A DNA stretch of 64,000 nucleotides from NCBI GenBank assembly GCA_963741955.1, contig CAVUKB010000010.1, positions 64,001 through 128,000 of the forward strand. The letters run 5' to 3'. The notes under the pieces were generated by a model, which worked only from the letters and a program-made list of their open reading frames with translations, was not told where the DNA came from and ran no database searches. The stretch is from an uncultured Acidobacteriota bacterium. Lineage in GTDB: Bacteria; Acidobacteriota; Thermoanaerobaculia; Gp7-AA8. Position numbers and translations under genes: made by a program. Within the stretch, counting starts at the first letter, position 1. Every line of letters starts with the position of its first letter. Positions 53,106-61,144 of the stretch are shown here, piece by piece.

Positions 53106-56100
53106 ATGAGTCAGACGAAGACAATCGGATCCGTTCTCGTGGTTGGAGGAGGCGTCGCAGGGATGCAGGCGGCTCTCGATCTGGCCGACTCGGGGTACAA
53201 GGTCTATCTGGCCGATCGCGAGAGCAGTATCGGCGGAACGATGGCGCAGCTCGACAAGACGTTCCCGTCGAACGACTGCGCGATGTGCATCCTCGCTCCG
53301 CGCCTGGTCTCGGCGGGACGTCACCTCAACATCGAGATTCTCCCGAGCACCGAGGTGCTGGGGGTGGAGGGAGAGGCGGGGAGATTCCGAGCGACGCTGC
53401 ACCGGCGCGGGATCTACATCGACGCATCGAAGTGCACCGGATGCGGCGAGTGCAGCCAGGTCTGCCCGGTCGATCTTCCGAACGAATTCAACTTCGGTCT
53501 CGGAACCCGCAAAGCGATCTCGCGCCGGTATCCGCAGGCGGTTCCGGCGAATTACACCATCACCAAACGTGAGCGGCCACCCTGCCAGACCGCGTGCGCC
53601 GCGGGAACGAACGTCCAGGGATACATCGCTCTCACTGCTCAGGGAAAATTCAAGGAAGCGCTCGACGTCGTACGCGAGCGGATGCCGTTCGCGTCGGTCT
53701 GCGGGCGCATCTGCCTTCACCGCTGCGAGAACGAATGCAACCGGAATCTGGTCGACGAGCCCGTCGCCATCATGCAGGTCAAGCGGTTTCTCGCCGACTG
53801 GGATTACGAGCAGGGGAATCCTCTTCCGCCTCCGGTTCCGAAGACCAGGACGGCGCGGATCGCGGTGATCGGCGGCGGACCTGCGGGGCTGGCGTGTGCG
53901 CACGACCTCGCGAAGGACGGATATCCGGTGACCCTGTTCGAATCGAGCGACGAGCTCGGCGGAATGCTCCGCTCGTGCATTCCGGAGTTCCGGCTTCCCG
54001 AAGCTCACCTCGAGCGCGACATCGAATTCCTTCTCTCGCCCGGCGTGGACGTGGTGCTGCGGAAATCCCTCGGGAGAGACTTCACCATCGAAGATCTCGA
54101 GAAGGAAGGATACCGAGCGGTCTTTCTCGCCACCGGGGCGTACAAGCCGAAGAAGCTTCCGATTCCCGGACACGATCTCGAGGGGATCAGCCTGAACATC
54201 GAGTTCCTCGAAGCGGTCCGCGCCGGTGAGCACGTCGATCCTGGCCGGCGGGTCCTGGTGATCGGCGGCGGTAACGTGGCGATCGACGTCGCACGTTCAG
54301 TACGACGACTCGGCGTCTCCAGCGTGACCATGGCCTGTCTCGAGAGCCGCGAGGCCATGCCCGCGCATTCGTGGGAAGTTCAGCAGGCGCTCGACGAAGG
54401 GATCGAGATTCTCAACGACGTCACCCTCAAGCGTTTCGTGGGCGAGAGAGGACACGTTCGTGGCGTCGAAGCGCGGCGTATCCGCGATCTGTCGTTCGAC
54501 GCGGAGGGGCGGATTCACCTCACCGAGGTTTCGGAGAGCGATTTCGCGATCGACGCGGACCGGATCATCGTGGCGATCGGGCAGACTCCTGAGCTGAGCT
54601 ATCTCGACTCGAGGAGCGGGGCGGTGCAGGTGAGCCGTCGCGGGCTGATCGAAGTCGATCCGGACACGCTCGCCACCAGACGTCCGGGAGTCTTCGCGGG
54701 TGGTGACGTGGTCGCCGAGCAGCCGGGGATCCGGATCTTCGCGGGTGGCGACGTGGTGACCGGAACGGCGTTCGTGGTCGACGCGGTCGCAGCCGGGCAT
54801 CGCGCCGCCGAGTCGATCGACCGCTACGTGGAAGGTCTTCCGTTCGCGGGGCCGAGACCGAAACCGAAGCCGTACAAGCTCACCCCCGAGGCCGTGGAAA
54901 AGAAGCTCCATGACGGCGAGATCCGGAAGAGCGTCCGGGCGATCGCGCCCGAAGCCGCTCCGGCAGCACGGGTCGCGAGCTTCGACGAGATTCAGGAAGG
55001 GTTCACCGAGGCGATGGCGGTCGCGGAAGCGAAACGCTGCCTTTCGTGCGGCCTCTGTTCGGAATGCCTCCAGTGCGTCGAGGTCTGTCAGGCGCATGCG
55101 ATCCGGCACGACTTTCCCCGCGACGAATACCGGACCATCGACGTCGGCGCGGTCATCCTCGCTCCGGGTCTCTCGGCGTTCGACCCGACCGAGAAGGGAG
55201 AGTACGGCTACAACCGCTATCCCAACGTCGTCACCAGCGTCGAATTCGAGCGCATCCTCAGCCCTTCCGGTCCTTTCGGCGGAAAGGTGCAACGTCCCTC
55301 GGATGGAAAGGCACCGAAGAAGATCGCATTCATCCAGTGCGTCGGATCACGCGAAGTCGGCCGCGACTACTGCTCGTCGGTCTGCTGCATGTACACCGCG
55401 AAACAGGCGGTGATCGCGAAGGAACATCAGCCGGGACTGGAGACCACGGTCTTTTACATCGATCTCCGTGCGGTGGCGAAGGGGTTCGAAGCGTACATCG
55501 ACCGGGCGAAGAGCGAAGGAGTGAGGTACGTCCGGTGCCGTCCGTCTGCGGTGACACACCTCCCGCAGAGTGGAGATCTGGTCGTCGAGTATGCAGACGA
55601 AGAAGGGCAGCATCGCGAGATGTTCGACATGGTCGTTCTCGCAGTCGCGCTCACTTCGTCGCCCGATCGGAGACAGCTCGCGCAGGCCGCGGGTATCCCG
55701 GTCAATGAGTATGGATTCGCGAGATCGATCGCCTTCGACCCGGAATCGACCAGCCGTTCCGGCGTCTTCGTCTGCGGGCCGTTCGTCGATCCGATGGACA
55801 TCCCGGAAACGGTGGCTGGCGCGAGCGCGGCGGCGGCGAAGGCGATGGCGCTCCTCGCCGACAGCCGGGGAACGCTGGTCCGGCCGAAGACCTATCCGCC
55901 GGAGAAGGATGTGACAGGGGAAGAGCCGCGCGCCGGTGTCTTCGTGTGCCACTGCGGGACGAACATCGCCGGCGTCGTCGACGTCGAAAAAGTGGTCGAC
56001 TATGCGAAGACTCTCCCGGGAGTGGTCCATGCGGAGCGTAACCTCTACACCTGTTCGGACGACACGCAGAAGCGGATCCGGGAAAAGATCGACGAGCTGA

Positions 56101-57608
56101 ATCTGAATCGGATCGTGGTCGCCTCCTGCACGCCGCGAACGCACGAAGCACTTTTCCGCGACACCATCCGCGAAGCGGGTCTGAACGAGTACTACTTCGA
56201 ATTGGCGAACATTCGCGACCAATGCTCCTGGGTCCACAAGAACCGGAAGGAGCAGGCGACGGAAAAGGCGAAGGATCTGGTGCGGATGGCTCTGGCCAAG
56301 GTGCGTCTCGACGAGCCGCTCCACAAGCGGCCTCTCGCCGTCACCCAGGCCGCGCTGGTCCTCGGCGGCGGAGTGAGCGGCCTCTCCGCCGCGCTCTCGC
56401 TCGCTGATCAGGGCTTTCAGGTTTTTCTGGTCGAGAAGGAACGGGACCTCGGCGGATATGCGAAAGAGCGTCGTTACCCGCTGACCGGCGAGGACACCCG
56501 GATGCGCCTGTGGGAGATGATGGCCCGGGCGCGCACGCATCCGAACATCCAGCTCATGCTGGGATCGACTCTCCAGAAGGTGGATGGCTCGCTCGGCAAC
56601 TTCAAGTCGACCATCGCTACGGATGGCTTCGAGCGCGAGATCGCACATGGCGTGGTGATCGTCGCGACCGGCGCAGAACGGTACGTGCCGAATCAGTACC
56701 TGTTCGGCGAAGATCCACGAGTGGTCCGCCTCTTCGAATTCGAAGAGATGATGGCCGACCACAAGGTCGACACCGATTCGGTGGTGTTCATCCAGTGTGT
56801 CGGTTCGCGGAACGAAGAGCATCCATGGTGCAGCCGCACCTGCTGCATGGAGTCGGTGAAGAACGCTCTGCGCGTGAAGCAGCAGAACCCCGGTGCCGAA
56901 GTCTCAGTGCTCTATCGCGACATCCGCACGTACGGGTACCGCGAGCTCTACTACCGGCAGGCGCGCGAGCGCGGAGTGCGATTCATTCGATTCGACGAAG
57001 CGCATCCGCCGCGGGTGGTCGCGGAGAACGGATCGCTTCGAGTGACGGTGCTGGATCAGATGACACGCCGTGAAGTGGACCTCGATGCGAAGGCGGTCGT
57101 TCTCGCGGCGGCGACGCTTCCGAATCGCGGTAACAAGGACATCGGTCAGATTCTGAAGGTCCCGCTGAGTGAGGACGGATTCTTTCTCGAGGCGCACCGG
57201 AAACTCCGCCCGGTCGATTTCGCGACGGACGGCATCTTTCTCTGCGGCGCCGCGCATTCGCCGGTGGGTTTGCGTGAGGCGGTCTCGCAGGCCGCCGCAA
57301 CCGCGTCGCGAGCGGCGACGATCCTCTCGAAGAGCGTGATCGACCTCGAGCCGACGATCTCTCAGGTGGTGAAAGAACGATGCGACGGTTGTGCGTACTG
57401 CGTCGATCCCTGCCCCTTCCACGCCATCACGCTGGTCGAGTACAGCGAGAACGGCGATACGAAGAAGCGCGTGGAAGTGGACGAAGCGGTCTGCAAGGGG
57501 TGTGGAACATGCGAGGCGACCTGTCCGAAGGGAGCGATCTTCGTGTGGCATTTCCGCCCCGAGCAATTGATGGCACAGGTCCACGCCGCACTCGATATCG
57601 CGGGGTGA
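53106..57608 (+). CDS. hdrA: HdrA-like flavoprotein with inserted GltD/NfnB-like NAD(P)H module (HdrL type)
   Basis: GGGVAG, LDKTFPSNDCAMC, FIQCVGSR..CSSVCC; inserted GRICLHRCE, GGGPAG and GGGNVAID; second HdrA module (GVFVCHCGTNIAG, GGGVSG, CSRTCC); C-terminal 2x 4Fe-4S. Confidence 0.92.
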   Translation: MSQTKTIGSVLVVGGGVAGMQAALDLADSGYKVYLADRESSIGGTMAQLDKTFPSNDCAMCILAPRLVSAGRHLNIEILPSTEVLGVEGEAGRFRATLHRRGIYIDASKCTGCGECSQVCPVDLPNEFNFGLGTRKAISRRYPQAVPANYTITKRERPPCQTACAAGTNVQGYIALTAQGKFKEALDVVRERMPFASVCGRICLHRCENECNRNLVDEPVAIMQVKRFLADWDYEQGNPLPPPVPKTRTARIAVIGGGPAGLACAHDLAKDGYPVTLFESSDELGGMLRSCIPEFRLPEAHLERDIEFLLSPGVDVVLRKSLGRDFTIEDLEKEGYRAVFLATGAYKPKKLPIPGHDLEGISLNIEFLEAVRAGEHVDPGRRVLVIGGGNVAIDVARSVRRLGVSSVTMACLESREAMPAHSWEVQQALDEGIEILNDVTLKRFVGERGHVRGVEARRIRDLSFDAEGRIHLTEVSESDFAIDADRIIVAIGQTPELSYLDSRSGAVQVSRRGLIEVDPDTLATRRPGVFAGGDVVAEQPGIRIFAGGDVVTGTAFVVDAVAAGHRAAESIDRYVEGLPFAGPRPKPKPYKLTPEAVEKKLHDGEIRKSVRAIAPEAAPAARVASFDEIQEGFTEAMAVAEAKRCLSCGLCSECLQCVEVCQAHAIRHDFPRDEYRTIDVGAVILAPGLSAFDPTEKGEYGYNRYPNVVTSVEFERILSPSGPFGGKVQRPSDGKAPKKIAFIQCVGSREVGRDYCSSVCCMYTAKQAVIAKEHQPGLETTVFYIDLRAVAKGFEAYIDRAKSEGVRYVRCRPSAVTHLPQSGDLVVEYADEEGQHREMFDMVVLAVALTSSPDRRQLAQAAGIPVNEYGFARSIAFDPESTSRSGVFVCGPFVDPMDIPETVAGASAAAAKAMALLADSRGTLVRPKTYPPEKDVTGEEPRAGVFVCHCGTNIAGVVDVEKVVDYAKTLPGVVHAERNLYTCSDDTQKRIREKIDELNLNRIVVASCTPRTHEALFRDTIREAGLNEYYFELANIRDQCSWVHKNRKEQATEKAKDLVRMALAKVRLDEPLHKRPLAVTQAALVLGGGVSGLSAALSLADQGFQVFLVEKERDLGGYAKERRYPLTGEDTRMRLWEMMARARTHPNIQLMLGSTLQKVDGSLGNFKSTIATDGFEREIAHGVVIVATGAERYVPNQYLFGEDPRVVRLFEFEEMMADHKVDTDSVVFIQCVGSRNEEHPWCSRTCCMESVKNALRVKQQNPGAEVSVLYRDIRTYGYRELYYRQARERGVRFIRFDEAHPPRVVAENGSLRVTVLDQMTRREVDLDAKAVVLAAATLPNRGNKDIGQILKVPLSEDGFFLEAHRKLRPVDFATDGIFLCGAAHSPVGLREAVSQAAATASRAATILSKSVIDLEPTISQVVKERCDGCAYCVDPCPFHAITLVEYSENGDTKKRVEVDEAVCKGCGTCEATCPKGAIFVWHFRPEQLMAQVHAALDIAG

Positions 57609-57611
57609 GCG

Positions 57612-58076
57612 ATGAGTGAAATGGTGAACGAGATGACAGGCAGCGAACCGGCGAGTGCGTCGACAGTGGAGGCATTCGAGCCGTTGATCATCACCTTCTG
57701 CTGTTACTGGTGCGCCTACGCAGGTGCTGATCTTGCCGGCACGTCGCGGTTCCAGTATCCGCCCAACATCCGGATCATCCGCGTGCAGTGCAGCGGGATG
57801 GTGCACCCGAATCTGGTGATCGAAGCGCTGACCAAAGGCGCGGATGGAGTGCTGATGCTCGGATGTCATCCGGGCGACTGCCATTACCTCGAAGGTAACT
57901 TCCGAGCCCGTTCGCGGGCGGAGGCGATCGACCTGATGCTCGAAGACTTCGGTCTGGAGCCGGAGCGATTCCGCCTCGAATGGGTCTCGGCTTCGGAAGG
58001 GTCGCGATTCGCACAAGTGGTGACCGATATGGTCGAGCAGATCAGGCAGCTCGGCCCCAGTCCGTATCGCACATAG
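57612..58076 (+). CDS. mvhD: Methyl-viologen-reducing hydrogenase delta subunit [2Fe-2S]
   Basis: FCCYWCAYAGADLAG, RVQCSG, GADGV..GCHPGDCHY..GN, WVSASEG. Confidence 0.95.
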   Translation: MSEMVNEMTGSEPASASTVEAFEPLIITFCCYWCAYAGADLAGTSRFQYPPNIRIIRVQCSGMVHPNLVIEALTKGADGVLMLGCHPGDCHYLEGNFRARSRAEAIDLMLEDFGLEPERFRLEWVSASEGSRFAQVVTDMVEQIRQLGPSPYRT

Positions 58077-58127
58077 CGAGACGTCCCATGGAAACCAGTA
58101 GGGAAAGGCGAACGAAGGAGGTGCAGC

Positions 58128-59057
58128 ATGACGGCTAAGCTGGCCGAGGAATGGTTCGCCATCTGCGGCGGGTGCGAGGTGACGGTGCTCGACATCGGGG
58201 AGCCACTCATCGACGTGCTCAAGCAGGTGGAGATCGTCCACATGCCGGTCCTGATGGACCACAAGCTTTATGGTCAGACCGGGGAAAAGGAACGGATGGA
58301 GATTCCGGAAGCGGACATCGGGATCCTGACCGGAGGAATTCGCAACGAGGAGCACAAGAAGATCGCGCAGGAGATGCGTGCGAAGTCGAAGATCCTGATC
58401 GCACTCGGCTCCTGCGCGGCATTCGGCGGCATTCCGGCGCTCGCCAATGCGTCGACCACCGAAGAGTTGCTGGAGAAGGTCTATCGCGGGAGCGTCACCA
58501 CGGACACCAACGGGATTCCGCACGAAGAGATCCCGCCGCTGACGGACAGAGTCTACGCGGTGAGTGAAGTGGTCCCGGTCGATGCGGTCCTTCCGGGATG
58601 TCCGACGACCCCGGAGATGGTCGCATCGGCACTGATCGCGTTGCTGGAAGGGAAGCCGCTTCCGGCGCTCGCGTCGAAGAGCGTCTGCGACGAATGTCCG
58701 ACCAAGCGCGAGAAGAAGGCCGTCTCGACCCTGAAGCGCCGCTTCGAAGCGCCGGAGTTCGAGGCGGGGGCGCCGCTCTCGGACATGCGCTGCATGATGG
58801 AGCAGGGCTTCCTCTGTCTCGGCCCCGCCACCCGTGGAGGTTGCGGTGGAAGCGATGGAGTTCCTCGCTGCATCCGCGCGTACGTTCCTTGTGAAGGCTG
58901 CTTCGGACCACTCTCGGAGAAGGCCAATCCGATGGTCGACATGATGGGCGCGCTCTCCACCATCGGACTCGATCCGAAGCAGATTCCGGATCGCGCCGCG
59001 ACATTCAACCGATTTGCCGGAGCGGGACGACTCCGTCCGGCCCCGCGGAGGTCATGA
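58128..59057 (+). CDS. mvhG: Group 3c NiFe hydrogenase small subunit
   Basis: CGGCEV, GSCAAFGGIPAL, PGCP, SVCDECP, CMMEQGFLCLGPATRGGC, PCEGCFGP. Confidence 0.92.
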   Translation: MTAKLAEEWFAICGGCEVTVLDIGEPLIDVLKQVEIVHMPVLMDHKLYGQTGEKERMEIPEADIGILTGGIRNEEHKKIAQEMRAKSKILIALGSCAAFGGIPALANASTTEELLEKVYRGSVTTDTNGIPHEEIPPLTDRVYAVSEVVPVDAVLPGCPTTPEMVASALIALLEGKPLPALASKSVCDECPTKREKKAVSTLKRRFEAPEFEAGAPLSDMRCMMEQGFLCLGPATRGGCGGSDGVPRCIRAYVPCEGCFGPLSEKANPMVDMMGALSTIGLDPKQIPDRAATFNRFAGAGRLRPAPRRS

Positions 59058-60499
59058 TGGCCAGCACGATCGTCATTCAGCCAGTCACCCGTATCGAAGG
59101 ACACGCGAAGGTCACCATCCGGCTCGACGACGCGGGCGAAGTCGACACCGCCCGAGTCAACGTGATCGAGTTGCGTGGCTTCGAGAAGTTCTGTCTCGGC
59201 AAGCCGGTCGAGGACATGCCGAGAATCACGCCGCGCATCTGCGGCGTCTGTCCCTGGTCACATCATCTCGCTGCGGCGAAAGCGACCGACGCGGTGTTCG
59301 GCGTGGAGCCGCCTCCCGCCGGGAAGAAATTGCGTGAGCTCTGCAACAGCGTGGCGTTCATGGAGGAGCACATCCTCCACTTCTACTTCCTCGCCGGCGC
59401 CGATTTTCTCCTCGGTCCGGATGCGGACTACTCGGTGCGCAACGTGATCGGAATTCTGAATGCCGCACCGGAGATCGCGCAGCGGGTGGTGAAGGTGCGC
59501 CACATGTGCGCGAAGATGCTGGAGATCCTCGCCGGGAAACCGATCCATCCGCAGGCGGCCGTCCCGGGCGGATTCAGCAAGCCACTGGCGAAGGGAGAAC
59601 GGGACGAGCTCCGGAAGATGGCCGACGAGGCTCTCGAGCTCGCGAAATTCTCCATCGCATTCGCGAAAGAAAACATCTTCCCCAAGTACATCGAAACGGT
59701 GAAGACGCTCGGTGTCATCAACACCGGATTCATCGGCACGGTTCGCAAGGACGGCGCTCTCGACCTGTACGACGGGCAGCTACGTCTGATGAACAACGAA
59801 GGCGCTTACGAAGACTTCGAAGCGGAGCGGTACGGTGATTTCATCGCCGAGCACATCGAGCCGTGGAGCTACCTGAAGTTCCCCTATGCGAAGAAGTGGG
59901 GCGCTTTCTCCATGGACGCCGAGAATCCTGGCGGCATCTACCGGGCGAACACGCTCGCCCGAATCAACGTCTGTGACTTCATCGACACGCCACTCGCGCA
60001 GGCCGAGCTCGAAGAGTTCCGGGCGAAGTTCGGCCGGCCGGCTCAGTTCACTCTCCTCTATCACTGGGCCCGGCTGATCGAGCTTCTCTACAACGCGGAG
60101 AATGCGATCCGTCTGCTCGACGACCCGGAGATCACCAGTACCAATACGCGGGTGAAGGTCACCCCGCGTGCGGCGAGAGGAGTCGGTTCGGTCGAGGCGC
60201 CACGCGGAACGCTGATCCACGAGTACGAGACCGACGCGGACGGGATGATCACGAACATGAATCTCATCGTCGGTACGACGCACAACAACGCTCCGATCAA
60301 CATGTCCGTGACCCAGGCCGCGAAGAGCCTGATTCACGAAGGAAAGTACGACCAGGGGATTCTGAACACGGTGGAGATGTCGATCCGTGCTTACGACCCC
60401 TGCCTCTCCTGTGCGACGCACCGGCTCGACGGGAAGCTCTCCGTCAAGGTCGAGATCGTCGACTCGAAGGGGAAGAGCATCGAGACACTCGCGAACTGA
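59054..60499 (+). CDS. mvhA: Group 3c NiFe hydrogenase large subunit
   Basis: PVTRIEGH, L1 [19 protein letters not shown]2 [12 protein letters not shown] plus C-terminal cleavable extension. Confidence 0.94.
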   Translation: MMASTIVIQPVTRIEGHAKVTIRLDDAGEVDTARVNVIELRGFEKFCLGKPVEDMPRITPRICGVCPWSHHLAAAKATDAVFGVEPPPAGKKLRELCNSVAFMEEHILHFYFLAGADFLLGPDADYSVRNVIGILNAAPEIAQRVVKVRHMCAKMLEILAGKPIHPQAAVPGGFSKPLAKGERDELRKMADEALELAKFSIAFAKENIFPKYIETVKTLGVINTGFIGTVRKDGALDLYDGQLRLMNNEGAYEDFEAERYGDFIAEHIEPWSYLKFPYAKKWGAFSMDAENPGGIYRANTLARINVCDFIDTPLAQAELEEFRAKFGRPAQFTLLYHWARLIELLYNAENAIRLLDDPEITSTNTRVKVTPRAARGVGSVEAPRGTLIHEYETDADGMITNMNLIVGTTHNNAPINMSVTQAAKSLIHEGKYDQGILNTVEMSIRAYDPCLSCATHRLDGKLSVKVEIVDSKGKSIETLAN

Positions 60500-60505
60500 A
60501 GGCAT

Positions 60506-60570
60506 GACCCCGGGCGCGAAGCCCGGGGTCTGCCATCGCGACCGGATCGCCACGGTCGGGCGATCCGGTC
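60506..60570. repeat. Twin GC-rich hairpins between mvhA and the protease gene
   Basis: GACCCCGGGC-GCGAA-GCCCGGGGTC and GACCGGATCGCC...GGCGATCCGGTC. Confidence 0.7.
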
Positions 60571-60614
60571 ACGACGGCACAGACATGATGACTTCTTTGC
60601 GTTTCGGGGGAGCG

Positions 60615-61136
60615 ATGGAGCTCGATCGAGAGATGGTCCCCGACTTCTGTTCGAAGCCGGTGGTGGTACTGGGATGCGGAAATCTCCTCTGGGGAGACGA
60701 CGGATTCGGGTGTGAGCTGATCGCCTGGGTCGAGCAGCACTGCGAGATTCCGGAGCACGTCTGCATCCTCGATGCGGGGACCGGCGTACGGAAGCTTCTC
60801 TTCACCATGTGTGTCAGTCCGATCCGTCCGAAGCGCCTGGTGATCGTCGACGCGATCGACGTGAACCGGACTCCGGGAGAGGTGTTCGAGATCGACCCGG
60901 CCTCGATTCCCGCAGCGAAGCTCGACGATTTTTCTCTCCATCAGATCCCGACGTCGAATCTCCTTCGCGAGCTTCAGGAGGAATGCGGAGTGGAAGTGCG
61001 GATCCTCGCCTGTCAGACCGGAGCTCTCCCCGACGAGATCTCCCCCGGTCTCTCGGCTTCCGTGGCTGCCGCCCTCGGTCCGGCCGCCGAGCTGCTCGTC
61101 GACGAATATTTCCTTCCTCTCGCCCCGGCATCGTGA
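60615..61136 (+). CDS. Hydrogenase maturation endopeptidase (HycI/FrhD family)
   Basis: VLGCGNLLWGDDGFG, DAGTG, IVDAID, FSLHQ; alternative start at 60585. Confidence 0.92.
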   Translation: MELDREMVPDFCSKPVVVLGCGNLLWGDDGFGCELIAWVEQHCEIPEHVCILDAGTGVRKLLFTMCVSPIRPKRLVIVDAIDVNRTPGEVFEIDPASIPAAKLDDFSLHQIPTSNLLRELQEECGVEVRILACQTGALPDEISPGLSASVAAALGPAAELLVDEYFLPLAPAS

Positions 61137-61144
61137 GGTGATCC

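Noticed and set aside
53106-60499. Selenocysteine in HdrA, MvhD or MvhA
   Set aside because: The positions that are Sec in some homologs (DCAMC, CCYWC, DPCLSC) are all Cys codons and the frames are uninterrupted.
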